The notes: a model not told the origin generated them from the sequence alone. Positions 1 to 9,869 are shown, counted from the first letter of the stretch. The stretch: DNA of 64,000 bases from Candidatus Latescibacterota bacterium (GCA_963667175.2 CAXXXF010000016.1:1-64000), one strand, 5' to 3'. Program-made: numbers and translations.

Positions 1-45
1 ACCATGTATCCGATATATTGAAATCTATAAATCTCTCGTGTTTTG

Positions 46-1335
46 TCAAGCGATTTCTTGGGTTTTGCCCTGTTTGTTCCGGTCGGGTTCCTGTTTGACG
101 ATCCGGACCGTCGTGATGCGTTGCCCCACGACTTCCTCCACCCACAGGGTGAGGTTTTCGAATACAAAGGTCTCTTCGGGACCCGGAACCCGGCCCAGGT
201 GATTGTAGATGAACCCGCCGAGGGTTTCGTACCCCTCGCGCGGAAGCTCGATATTCAGGATCAGATTGAGATCGTCTATATCCAGTCTCGCATCGGCAAC
301 CAGCACGTGTCCGTCTTCGTCCCAGTGAAACAGTTGCTCCTCCTCGTCGTACTCGTCGTGGATTTCGCCGACGATCTCTTCGATCAGGTCCTCGAGCGTG
401 ACCAGTCCGGAGGTGCCTCCGAATTCATTGATGACAATGGCCATGTGTACTTTGTTGGTCTTGAACTCCCGCATCAACTCCGCGATTTTCTTGTTTTCCG
501 GCGCGAAATACGGCTTGCGCATGGCGCCTTCCGGCGTCCAGTCCTTACCGGTACTCAAGAGCTCGAGCAGATCCTTGGCGTAGACCACGCCTTCGATATG
601 GTCCACGCGTTCGCGGTAGATGGGAATGCGGGAGTGACGCCGCTGCTGGATCAGCGCCAGGATTTCCGCCGGTTTGGAGGAGATTTCGGCGCATACCATA
701 TCAATACGCGGGACCATCACTTCCTTCACGGTCGTTTCGCCGAACTCGAATATGCCGGCGATCATGTCCCGTTCTTCCTCTTCGATGGTCCCTTCCTCGG
801 TTTCGGTTTCCACGATCTGCCGCAGCTCCTCCTCTTTGATGGCCTTTGTATCGGTTTCGCTGACAAAGAGGCTTTGGGTTTTCTGCAGAAGCAACGTGGG
901 GGCAAGGAGCAGCATATAAATCGGATAGTAGATGGCAATCAGATGGGGAAGCGGGCGATCGGATCCCTCTTCCCGCCTGTAGAAAGAGACGGCGTTGCCA
1001 ATCAGCAGCGAAATCAGCACGAACACGGCGATGCTCAGCAGGTCTCTCAGAAGCGGCCAGGCGAAGTCGCCCAATCCGAATCTGACGAGGGATGCGAACG
1101 CAAATCCGCCTGAGGTGATGGACAACGCCTGACCAAGCGTGACCGTCAGGCCCAGAGCGTATCCTGGCCGGTACATCGACAGCAGGAGGTTCGCGCGGGG
1201 GACGGCTTCATCCCGGAGGCGTTCAAGTGTCGCCCTGGATATCGTGCTTCCGATCGCGCCTGCGCGTGCGATCAGCGCGGTGACGACCAGAGACCCGCCC
1301 GCGACAAGTGCTGCCAACCATTCGGAGTCGTCCAA
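46..1335 (-). CDS. Hemolysin-family/CorC-type CBS-domain Mg2+/Co2+ transport protein
   Basis: N-terminal TM segment; CBS pair (EFGETTVKEVMVPRIDM, HSRIPIY, EFGGTSGLVTLEDLIEEIVGEIHDEYD); C-terminal CorC_HlyC domain (YETLGGFIY); GAAAGGAG RBS; follows ybeY. Confidence 0.9.
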   Translation of the reverse strand: MDDSEWLAALVAGGSLVVTALIARAGAIGSTISRATLERLRDEAVPRANLLLSMYRPGYALGLTVTLGQALSITSGGFAFASLVRFGLGDFAWPLLRDLLSIAVFVLISLLIGNAVSFYRREEGSDRPLPHLIAIYYPIYMLLLAPTLLLQKTQSLFVSETDTKAIKEEELRQIVETETEEGTIEEEERDMIAGIFEFGETTVKEVMVPRIDMVCAEISSKPAEILALIQQRRHSRIPIYRERVDHIEGVVYAKDLLELLSTGKDWTPEGAMRKPYFAPENKKIAELMREFKTNKVHMAIVINEFGGTSGLVTLEDLIEEIVGEIHDEYDEEEQLFHWDEDGHVLVADARLDIDDLNLILNIELPREGYETLGGFIYNHLGRVPGPEETFVFENLTLWVEEVVGQRITTVRIVKQEPDRNKQGKTQEIA

Positions 1336-1342
1336 ATTGGAT

Positions 1343-1795
1343 TCACGCTCCTTTCATAGGTAACCCTGCTTGAAGCCGCGCCATATACTCGCGTTCCTTG
1401 CGTCGCATGGACGCACTGGCCCCGGGCTCTTCGTGTCGGTACCCGAGCAGATGCAGGGTGCCATGAATGGCAAGCCAGGAGATTTCTTCAGACAGACTGC
1501 GGGATGTTTCCCGTGCCTGCGCTTCAGCCCGGTCTACGGAAACGTAGATTTCACCGAAATCGCCGTCGTCGGGATGGATCGGGTCCGCCAGATCAAAGGA
1601 TAAGACGTCGGTAGGCCCGGATGCGCCCTTGAACTCGCGGTTCAGTCGACGAAGCGTCACGTCGTCGGCCAGTATGAGGGTGAGGGCGCCGACCGCATCG
1701 TGATCGTCGAGAACGCGGTCGAGCAGGAAGACGAGGTTCGCCGGATCGAAGGGTTCCGGAAGCTGCGCTGCCCGCTCGATGCAGACCCTGCTCAC
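1343..1795 (-). CDS. ybeY: rRNA maturation endoribonuclease YbeY
   Basis: LNREF..PTDVLSF, GEIYVS and HGTLHLLGYRH zinc motif; GTG start at 1795 overlaps the upstream TGA (GTGA). Confidence 0.93.
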   Translation of the reverse strand: MSRVCIERAAQLPEPFDPANLVFLLDRVLDDHDAVGALTLILADDVTLRRLNREFKGASGPTDVLSFDLADPIHPDDGDFGEIYVSVDRAEAQARETSRSLSEEISWLAIHGTLHLLGYRHEEPGASASMRRKEREYMARLQAGLPMKGA

Positions 1796-4104
1796 AAGAC
1801 TTCCTTTCCGCGCCTGGATTGAACCCGCTTCTGTTCGTGCTGCCACGGATAGGCAACGCGGCTGTGCCACGTGCCCTCGAGAATGGGCAGAAACGCTTCC
1901 TGAATCCGGGTCAGGTCTCGGAGCGTCAGGTCGCATTCGTCCAGCTCACCGGCGGTAAACCGTCCCTTTACGAGCCTCTGGACCATGTCGCGGGTGTCTT
2001 CTGGGGAAATTGCATTGAGGCTGCGTATGGCGGATTCCACCGCGTCGGCAAGGCTGACGATACCTGCCTCTCGTGTTTGCGGCCTGGGACCCGGGTATCG
2101 GAAATCGGCGTCGCGCACCTCGTCAGGGGCGCTGCTTTCCAGGGCGCTCTTCTTGAATCCCGCGATTTCGCTGGTCCCGTGATGCTGGGAGATCATGTCG
2201 ATAATCACCCGGGGCAGACCTTCCTCTTCCGCCATTCTGACGCCGTCCTTCACATGGGAGATGAGAATCAGGGCGCTCAGGCGGGGCTGGAGTTCATCGT
2301 GTGGGTTCACGCCTTTCTGGTTCTCGATAAAATAGTGGGGCCGTGTCATTTTGCCGATGTCATGGTAATAGCAGCCCACCCGCGCCAGCAGGCCGTTGGC
2401 GCCAACGACTTCAGCCGCGGCCTCCGACAGTCTGGCCATGATGATGCTGTGACTGTACGTGCCCGGCGCCCTGATGGCCAGGTTGCGAAGCAGGGGCCGG
2501 TTCAGGTCCGAGAGCTCCAGCAGCGTGTAGGTCGTGACCACGCTGAATGCGCTTTCGAAGATTGGCAGCAGGCCGATGGTCAGAACCGAGGATGCGCAGG
2601 CCGTGAAGGCGCCCACAACCAGGTCCCACCTGACCTTCTGGAAGAACTCACCGAAACTTGCGTAGCTGAACAAAAGGGTAGCTGTAGCAAAGGTGGAGAG
2701 CAGATAGGCGCAGACCAGGAAGGCGATCGACCGGTAAAAAAAGTCGCTGCGCCGGTTTACCGGACGCACGGAGTAAGCCCCCGCAGCCCCGGTAATCAGG
2801 TAGATCAGTCCGAAAGAAAGGCTTCCCACGATACTCGCGCACAGCGTGGCGCACACGAACGAGACAACCAGGCCGACTTCCGTGTCGAAAAGCACGGTCG
2901 CCAGCATCGCCGAGAGGGCAACCGGCACCAGCAGGGGCGTTATCGACGGCACGGTCGCCGCGTACGACGCGGCCAGGCACGGCATGGTAACCAGGATACC
3001 GAACAGGACGAGGCTGGAGGTTGACGCGAAGACCGAGGGCCGCGACACCTGAAGAAATACGAACAAGATCGCAACCAGCAGGGCGCTGACGGCGGCCTGG
3101 GCGCCGACCTGCAGATGATAGAGGTAGGGGACCCGGTCGACCGCTCTGTTCATGTGCACGGCGAGAGAACGCAGCTGGTCCATATGTTCCGAGGTCACGC
3201 GGTCGTGTTTGTCGACGATGCGCTCGCCTCCCAGAACGGTCCCCTTGTAGGGCGAGACCCTTGCCGCGGCCTCCTCCCTGCGCCGTCCGGTCTCCTCGGC
3301 GCCGTAGGTGAGATTGGGCGTCAGAAAGACGACCACAAGCTCGTATACGGCCTTGATCTCCGCGGGAGTACCCTGCGGGAACTGCGTGTCGATTTCATCC
3401 TGCAAACTTCGCTCATACCATTCCAGGCCTCGGATCGGCGCCGCCGAAATGCGCCGCTCGCCGTCTGCCTGGACGAGGAGCACCTCTACAGTATCGTCGC
3501 CAAGGACTTCGGAGTCCTGGTTCAATACGCCGGACGTATAACTGGATTGCAGCAGATCGCGGACCGTGGTGCGGAGCTTTTCGAATCCGGAGGGGTAATT
3601 GGACGCCTGATCGATGAGGAATCGCAGGCTGGCCTGGGATACGGAACCGATTTCAGAATGTGCCTGCTGGAGATGATGTACGGCCGAATCCGGAACGACG
3701 GAAGCACTCCTCCGACTCAGATCCTCGAAGAATCCGTCAAGCGCACGTTGCCGATCCGCTGCGATTCCCGCGTTCAGGATCAGTACCGGTAGAACGTCTT
3801 CGCGGGCCGCTCCCACTTCGCGGCCGTACTCGGTTTCGTTCTTGAGCACTTTGAAGTTTTCCGGCGCGATCACTTCGTAAGGCGCAATGGTGCCCTCGCT
3901 GAATGCACTGTGTTCGTAGTTCGTTCTGGCAATCGGGAAGAAATACGTCAGCAGGCCAACCAGCGTGAAGAGGATGCCCCCCCGAAACAGAAATCTCAGA
4001 CGCGAACGCAACTTGCGACGGGCCAATGCAAGGCGGTCATCGTCGCCGGTTTCCGATCCCAAAAATCCTGTGTCCTGGAGCATCTGTCGGAGACTGCGCA
4101 TCAT
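1792..4104 (-). CDS. 7TM-HD (HDIG) membrane phosphohydrolase, PgpH/YqfF-like putative c-di-AMP phosphodiesterase
   Basis: Extracellular 7TMR-HDED region, 7 TM helices, APGTYSHS, YYHDIGK, YFIENQ, QHHGT, FRYPGPRPQTRE, LADAVE motifs; phoH-HD-ybeY context. Confidence 0.9.
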   Translation of the reverse strand: MMRSLRQMLQDTGFLGSETGDDDRLALARRKLRSRLRFLFRGGILFTLVGLLTYFFPIARTNYEHSAFSEGTIAPYEVIAPENFKVLKNETEYGREVGAAREDVLPVLILNAGIAADRQRALDGFFEDLSRRSASVVPDSAVHHLQQAHSEIGSVSQASLRFLIDQASNYPSGFEKLRTTVRDLLQSSYTSGVLNQDSEVLGDDTVEVLLVQADGERRISAAPIRGLEWYERSLQDEIDTQFPQGTPAEIKAVYELVVVFLTPNLTYGAEETGRRREEAAARVSPYKGTVLGGERIVDKHDRVTSEHMDQLRSLAVHMNRAVDRVPYLYHLQVGAQAAVSALLVAILFVFLQVSRPSVFASTSSLVLFGILVTMPCLAASYAATVPSITPLLVPVALSAMLATVLFDTEVGLVVSFVCATLCASIVGSLSFGLIYLITGAAGAYSVRPVNRRSDFFYRSIAFLVCAYLLSTFATATLLFSYASFGEFFQKVRWDLVVGAFTACASSVLTIGLLPIFESAFSVVTTYTLLELSDLNRPLLRNLAIRAPGTYSHSIIMARLSEAAAEVVGANGLLARVGCYYHDIGKMTRPHYFIENQKGVNPHDELQPRLSALILISHVKDGVRMAEEEGLPRVIIDMISQHHGTSEIAGFKKSALESSAPDEVRDADFRYPGPRPQTREAGIVSLADAVESAIRSLNAISPEDTRDMVQRLVKGRFTAGELDECDLTLRDLTRIQEAFLPILEGTWHSRVAYPWQHEQKRVQSRRGKEVL

Positions 4105-4116
4105 CGCTCGGGTACC

Positions 4117-5117
4117 CTACGATGCCTGTGGACCCGCGTCGTCGTTCGGCCCGGGTTCATCGGTTGCCTGAAGCTTTTTTTCTGCTTCATAACGGTCGTA
4201 AGCCGAAATGATCTTCCGGACCAGAGCGTGGCGTACGACGTCCCTCTCCGTAAAGCTGACGAACCGGACGGCCTCGATATGCGAGAGGATCTGCTGAACG
4301 TGCACCAGCCCGGACACGTCGTCCGGCAGCAGGTCGATCTGCGTGACGTCACCGTTGACAACGGCCTTCGAGTTGGCCCCCAATCGCGTCAGAAACATCT
4401 TCATCTGGCTGATGGTTGTGTTCTGAGCCTCATCCAGGATGACAAATGCGTTATTGAGCGTACGCCCTCGCATGAATGCCAGGGGAGCGATTTCCAGTGT
4501 CCGACTCTCGAGCAGGTGTTGTATCTGCTCACCGGGAATCATGTCCCGCAATGCGTCGTATAACGGCCGCAGATAGGGATCGACCTTATCCTGAATGTCG
4601 CCCGGCAGGAATCCAAGGCTTTCTCCGGCTTCGACCGCGGGGCGGGTCAGGATGATCCTTGAGACTTCCTTCCGCTTCAAGGCGGCGGCGGCACAGGCGA
4701 CCGCGAGGTAGGTCTTGCCGGTCCCGGCGGGGCCGATGCCGAAGACAATATCGAATTTCTCGATTCCGCTCACGTATTGCCGTTGCGCGGCGGAACGAGG
4801 CCGAATCACGCATTTCTGGGTGACAAGAACGGTCTTTGGGGTGTCGGACGGCCCGTTGTCGGCGGTCACGGCGCCCGGTTCGTCCGACCGTTCGGAGACG
4901 TCGCCGCGACGCAGGCAGGAGACCATCTCTTCCAGCAGGCCGGAAACATGCCGAACTTTGTACGCGGGTCCCGAGATCGTGACGGTCTCGCGCGGGCCGT
5001 TACGTGAACCCCGTAACGGGCTTCGAGTGCCAGGAGGTTGACGTCATTGTGACCGTACAACGTCAGGGGATCGACGCCCTGGATGGATAGCTGATGAGAT
5101 AAGGTTCTGTTTCTCAA
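4117..5117 (-). CDS. phoH: PhoH-family ATPase (YbeZ-like), with an apparent 1-bp frameshift near 4990
   Basis: [44 protein letters not shown] in 4117..4926; the N-terminus ([23 protein letters not shown]) is in another frame and joins ETVTISG if one G is restored. Confidence 0.88.
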
Positions 5118-5134
5118 CCGGTCAGGTCTTTTCC

Positions 5135-5184
5135 AAAATAAAAAAAGCCCTCGTTCCGGCCAGACTCCGGGAACGAGAGCTTTT
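5135..5184 (-). terminator. Intrinsic terminator after the LysM gene
   Basis: Minus strand AAAAGCTCTCGTTCC-loop-GGAACGAGGGCTTTTTTTATTTT. Confidence 0.75.
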
Positions 5185-5276
5185 CAGATGGCTTATTCGT
5201 GGTGTGAGTCGCTTTCCATTTTGTGAGGACGCAGATCTCCGTCGTTCGGCGCCAGGGAAGGGAGTCCGGTGGCCGT

Positions 5277-6125
5277 TCAGTCTTCCGGAACGTCGATGAC
5301 CTGTGCCGGGAAGACCAGGTTCGGATCCCTGATCTGAGACTTGTTCGCCCGATAAATGCGGTGCCACTTCGTCGGGTCGTTGTAAACCATGCCGGCGATG
5401 CTCGTAAGCGTATGCCCTTGAAGGATCAGGTGCTGGCCTCTATCCACGCCGAAGGGAATCTGCAGGACCCAATCGGGGTAGATCAGATCCGGATCCTTGA
5501 TCTTGTCGCGATTTTCGAGATAAATCCGCGGCCACAGGTAGGCATTGTCGTAGATTTCCTCGCTCCTGGCGATCTTCCAGAGGTTGTCGTTTCGGAGCAC
5601 CGTGTAGTCCTTGATTTTCTTCGCGGGCATCCGGGCGGCAATACGCTCGATCAACTGCGCGATGGTCTTCAGTTTCGTTCGTGCTTCTGGGAGATGACGG
5701 ATCTTGTTCTGCTTCAGGCCTTCGACCTCTTCGGAAATCGCATCGAAATGGTCGCGCTGGTCGAAAAGATCGGCGTCGGGAAGATTCATCAGGGCCCTGA
5801 GTTGACCCTCGATGCGATCGAGCGCGGCCAGGTAGGCGTCGATGCAGGCTTGATCGGGACACCCGACCAGATCCAGGATTTCCTGCAGTGTACTTGCAAT
5901 CTGCGCATCCAGTTCGGCGATCTGCTGCGAGACCCTGTCGCCGGCCTCCTTGCAATCCTGCACTTTCTGCTTCGTTTCCTGGATCTCCCGCTGCACGCTT
6001 GCAAGCTGCATTTCGTACTCTTCGTAGGTCATACCGTCGGACTGGGCAAAAGCAGCCACCGGGACCAGAGCCATTGCCAGCGCAGTGCAGACGAGTGAAA
6101 ACCCGATGTGTTTGCGATTCTTCAC
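5277..6125 (-). CDS. Secreted coiled-coil protein with two C-terminal LysM peptidoglycan-binding domains
   Basis: Signal peptide (AAFA|QS), long heptad region, YTVLRNDNLWKIA..WPRIY..N...IKDPDLIYP and a second LysM repeat; GAAAGGAG RBS. Confidence 0.88.
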   Translation of the reverse strand: MKNRKHIGFSLVCTALAMALVPVAAFAQSDGMTYEEYEMQLASVQREIQETKQKVQDCKEAGDRVSQQIAELDAQIASTLQEILDLVGCPDQACIDAYLAALDRIEGQLRALMNLPDADLFDQRDHFDAISEEVEGLKQNKIRHLPEARTKLKTIAQLIERIAARMPAKKIKDYTVLRNDNLWKIARSEEIYDNAYLWPRIYLENRDKIKDPDLIYPDWVLQIPFGVDRGQHLILQGHTLTSIAGMVYNDPTKWHRIYRANKSQIRDPNLVFPAQVIDVPED

Positions 6126-6141
6126 AGGAATCTCCTTTCCA

Positions 6142-6417
6142 TTACGGATTCAGGGCGTTCTGCACGGCGTCCCGATCGGCGGTCAGTCTCTGAAGTTCTT
6201 GTTTCTTATCGGCCAGCGTGCGTTCCAGTTCGGCCCGCTTCTGCCGGCACGCAGCCAGGTCCGCTTCGGCCGCCCTGGCATTGTTCCTTGCCTCTTCCAG
6301 CATCTGGAGATCTTCGTCCGAGGCCATTGCAATACAGCCCGACAGAAGGGGAAGCAGGAACAGCGCCAGGACGACGCCAAATCCCGTGAAACGATCCATC
6401 AATTTGCGCTTAGCCAT
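6142..6417 (-). CDS. Small coiled-coil (alanine-zipper-like) lipoprotein
   Basis: AAGGAG RBS, ATG at 6417, lipobox LLSG-C, mature part is one continuous heptad helix; 16 bp upstream of the LysM gene. Confidence 0.8.
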   Translation of the reverse strand: MAKRKLMDRFTGFGVVLALFLLPLLSGCIAMASDEDLQMLEEARNNARAAEADLAACRQKRAELERTLADKKQELQRLTADRDAVQNALNP

Positions 6418-6554
6418 CGATGTCTCCTTGGGGACACGTGTTGCATGCGTTGAAGGAACGTTGAATTGACAGACAGACTGAAAACGGCGAATGACGTTGA
6501 GCCAATAAAAAAGGCTCGAAATCACCGTCTGACCAGGTTACAATTAGTGCCCCC

Positions 6555-6583
6555 AAATTACTACAAGAACCCGTCAAAGTCAA
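6555..6583 (-). promoter_or_regulatory. sigma70-like promoter of the lipoprotein-LysM operon
   Basis: TTGACT-N17-TAATTT. Confidence 0.5.
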
Positions 6584-6630
6584 GAAAAAAATCACGCATG
6601 AACCGATGCGGGCCAGCGCGCGCGTAATGC

Positions 6631-8427
6631 TCAGGGATGGACCGATTCGCCGCTCAGCAAGCGGATACCGAGTTCTCTCAATTGGCCCGCGTCGACCGCC
6701 GACGGAGCGCCGTCCATCAGGGAGGCCGCATTATTGGTTTTGGGAAAGGCGATCACGTCGCGGATGTAATCCCGGCCCGCCATCAGGGCGACCAGGCGGT
6801 CGTACCCGAAAGCGATGCCACCGTGCGGGGGCGCGCCATACCGGAACGCGTCCATGAGAAAGCCGAATTTCTCTTCCGCCTCATCGGGAGAAATATCCAG
6901 CAGATCGAACATTTTTTCCTGTATTTCGCGACGATGGATACGAATGCTGCCGCCTGCTATTTCATTCCCGTTCAGCACGAGGTCGTACGCGCGTGCCCGC
7001 ACGCCGGAAGGATCGGCAGCCATTTTTTCGACGTCTTCATCCAGCGGCGACGTGAACGGGTGGTGGCACGCCGCGTACCGCTTCTCGCCGGGATCCCATT
7101 CCACCAGGGGGAAATGGGTAACCCACAGGAAGCTGAAGTGATTGCGGTCCAGCAGGTTCAGGTGATCCCCCAGCCGCAGACGCAAATTGCCGAGTACGTC
7201 GGCCACAACGGCCGGCCGGTCAGCCGCAAACAGCAGGAGATCGCCCGGCTCGGCCTGCATGGCCTCCCGCAGCAGAGCCTGCGCCCGTCCGGGGAAGAAT
7301 TTGACAATGGCCGATTCCATGCCGCCGTCCGTTACCCTGATCCAGGCCAGTCCCCTGGCGCCGAAACCGCTCGCGAAGACGCCGAGATCGTCAATCTGCT
7401 TGCGCGAAAAGGAGCCGCAACCCCTGGCATTGATTCCGCGAACCTGTCCCCCGTCGGCCAGCACGCGCTTGAACACCTGGAATTCGGAGGCTTCGGCGGC
7501 CGCAGCCAGGTCCACGATTTCCAACCCGAATCGGGTGTCCGGCTTGTCGGACCCGTAGACGTCGAGCGCCTCCTTGTGGGAGACGCGTGGAAAGGGTCTG
7601 GGCAAGTCGATATCCAGAATATCCTGGAAGAGGCCGGCGGTAAGCCGCTCGGCCGCGTCCATGACGTCTTCTTCATTGACAAATGACATTTCAACGTCGA
7701 TTTGCGTGAATTCCGGTTGCCGGTCACCCCGCAGGTCTTCATCTCTGAAACAGCGCACGATCTGAAAGTAGCGGTCGAACCCCGCCACCATGATCAGCTG
7801 TTTGTAGGTCTGCGGGGACTGCGGCAGGGCATAGAAGTGACCCGGATTGATCCGGCTGGGCACCAGATAATCGCGCGCGCCCTCCGGGGTGCTCTTCATC
7901 AGAAACGGCGTTTCGACCTCAATGAAGCCGTCGTCTGAAAGGCGTCGTCGCGTGGCTTGCGATATGCGGTGCCGCAGCAGGATATCTGCTTGAACGTCCG
8001 GTCGGCGCAGGTCGAGGTAACGGTGGCGGAGCCGGATTTCTTCGTTGGCGTCCGCCCCGGCTTCGATGAGAAAGGGCGGGGTTTCCGATTCGTTCAGGAT
8101 TTTCAGTTCGGATGCCTCGACGTCGATTTCGCCCGTAGACAGGTTCGGATTCGCCATACCTTCCGGTCGGGATTCCACTCTGCCTTTGACCGCCAGCACG
8201 AATTCGTTGCGGATGGCTTCGGCGTTCCGGTGAATCTCAGCACTCAAATCGGGTCGAAAGACGACCTGCGTGAGCCCGTCCCGATCGCGCAGGTCGGCGA
8301 AGATCACGCCGCCGTGATCCCTGCGTTTGGCGACCCAGCCCATCAGGGTGACCTGCATGCCGACGTCCCGGGCGCGTAGGTCGCCACAGGAGTGCGTGCG
8401 TTTCCAGTCGCCAAGGGATTCCGCCAT
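6631..8427 (-). CDS. aspS: Aspartate--tRNA ligase (probably non-discriminating Asp/Asn type)
   Basis: RTHSCG, RRDHGGVIFADLRD, STPEGARDY, ALPQSPQ, FRDEDLRGDRQPEFTQID, GGSIRIH, GAPPHGGIAFG. Confidence 0.97.
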   Translation of the reverse strand: MAESLGDWKRTHSCGDLRARDVGMQVTLMGWVAKRRDHGGVIFADLRDRDGLTQVVFRPDLSAEIHRNAEAIRNEFVLAVKGRVESRPEGMANPNLSTGEIDVEASELKILNESETPPFLIEAGADANEEIRLRHRYLDLRRPDVQADILLRHRISQATRRRLSDDGFIEVETPFLMKSTPEGARDYLVPSRINPGHFYALPQSPQTYKQLIMVAGFDRYFQIVRCFRDEDLRGDRQPEFTQIDVEMSFVNEEDVMDAAERLTAGLFQDILDIDLPRPFPRVSHKEALDVYGSDKPDTRFGLEIVDLAAAAEASEFQVFKRVLADGGQVRGINARGCGSFSRKQIDDLGVFASGFGARGLAWIRVTDGGMESAIVKFFPGRAQALLREAMQAEPGDLLLFAADRPAVVADVLGNLRLRLGDHLNLLDRNHFSFLWVTHFPLVEWDPGEKRYAACHHPFTSPLDEDVEKMAADPSGVRARAYDLVLNGNEIAGGSIRIHRREIQEKMFDLLDISPDEAEEKFGFLMDAFRYGAPPHGGIAFGYDRLVALMAGRDYIRDVIAFPKTNNAASLMDGAPSAVDAGQLRELGIRLLSGESVHP

Positions 8428-8505
8428 ATCGAAGGCTCCGGTAAAGGGGACGAATGAGTTCGCGGTGGCGCCGCCAGGGCGTTTGCGCGCATCGTATCCG
8501 TGGCG

Positions 8506-9789
8506 TTACGACGTCGTTTTTATGGTTTCAGCGAGTTTGCTGATATCGTCGGACGGCAGCATGGTCTGCGCGCCTGTTGCCAGGGTCTTCAACACAACGG
8601 TATTCGACCGTAATTCGTCGGGACCGATGATGGCAACAAACGGAATGCCCTTACGGTGCGCGTATTTCAACTGCCGGTCGAGTCGTTGGCCGGGCTTGAG
8701 ACCGAGTTCAACGCCGATGCCCCGGGATCTGGCCCGTCTCGCGTATCCCGCGGCGGGTTCGGCCAGGTCTTCGGAAAAGACCGTGACCAGCAGATCGGGG
8801 ACGCCGGCGGCGACGTCGGAAATCAGATCCGACTCCTTCAGCAGTTCGGTGATTGCCATGTCGCCGACCGCAAAGCCAACGCCGGGAACCGGCCTCCTGC
8901 CGCCGACCTGCAGGGTCAGATTGTCGTACCGGCCGCCGCCGAACAGGGCGCGCTTCAGTGAATTCGTCGCCCAGGCTTCAAAGACAATGCCCGTGTAATA
9001 GTCGAAGCCGCGAACGATCTTAGGGTCCGTTTCAACGTATTCCAGGACGTTGTTCTTTTCGAGTAGCCGGATGACCCGTTCGAGGCGCGGCGAGAACCCG
9101 GGGGCTTTGCTGTCCAGAGTTTTCACAAGACCGTCGATCTGTTCCGGACCCAGGCCGAGGTCTTCCAGCCCGGTGCTGAATTTCTCGAAGGGGATCCTGT
9201 CGATCCGGTCGATGATGGCGAAGAGTGGTCGAATCTGATCTGGAAGCAGGCCCAGAGAGCGGATGAGGTGACGTTCGAGGCCCTGCCGATCGTTGAGTCT
9301 CACCGTCACCTGACCTGAAGACAGTCCGAGAACCTTGAAGAGTTCGCAGGCAATCGTGACGATTTCGACGTCGGCGTAGAGCGTATCGCTTCCCAGCAGA
9401 TCGATGTTCCATTGAAAGAAAGACCTTCCTCTGCCGCGCTGAGGACGTTCGTACCGATAGAAGCGTCCGTACGACTGCCAGCGCAGGGGAAAAACGAGCC
9501 GGTCTTCCTCCTGGGCTACCATGCGAGCGAGAGTAGGCGTAAGTTCCGGACGAAGAACGAGGGTCTTCTCGTCGCGGCCGGACAACGAGAACGTCTGCCG
9601 GCTCACAATCTCTTCGCTGGTCTTCCCCAGGTAGAGGTCCATGTATTCGACGATGGGCCCCTCGTACTCCTGATAGCCGTATCCGGCGCCAAGCGAGAGG
9701 CACCTTTCACCGAGCCACTTCTGAAGGGCCCAGTCTTCAGGATAAAAGTCCCTGACTCCTTTGACGCGTGGGATGCGTTCAGCCGCCAT
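8506..9789 (-). CDS. hisS: Histidine--tRNA ligase
   Basis: KGVRDFYP, LRPELT, RYERPQRGR, RGFDYYTG, GGGRYD, anticodon-binding C-terminal domain. Confidence 0.96.
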   Translation of the reverse strand: MAAERIPRVKGVRDFYPEDWALQKWLGERCLSLGAGYGYQEYEGPIVEYMDLYLGKTSEEIVSRQTFSLSGRDEKTLVLRPELTPTLARMVAQEEDRLVFPLRWQSYGRFYRYERPQRGRGRSFFQWNIDLLGSDTLYADVEIVTIACELFKVLGLSSGQVTVRLNDRQGLERHLIRSLGLLPDQIRPLFAIIDRIDRIPFEKFSTGLEDLGLGPEQIDGLVKTLDSKAPGFSPRLERVIRLLEKNNVLEYVETDPKIVRGFDYYTGIVFEAWATNSLKRALFGGGRYDNLTLQVGGRRPVPGVGFAVGDMAITELLKESDLISDVAAGVPDLLVTVFSEDLAEPAAGYARRARSRGIGVELGLKPGQRLDRQLKYAHRKGIPFVAIIGPDELRSNTVVLKTLATGAQTMLPSDDISKLAETIKTTS

Positions 9790-9840
9790 GATCTTCAGAT
9801 TCCATCGTGGATAAGCCCTTGATTTTCAGCCAAATCGCCA

Positions 9841-9869
9841 AAGATACACACAAGTCGATCCATTGTCAA
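9841..9869 (-). promoter_or_regulatory. sigma70-like promoter of hisS-aspS
   Basis: TTGACA-N17-TATCTT. Confidence 0.6.
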
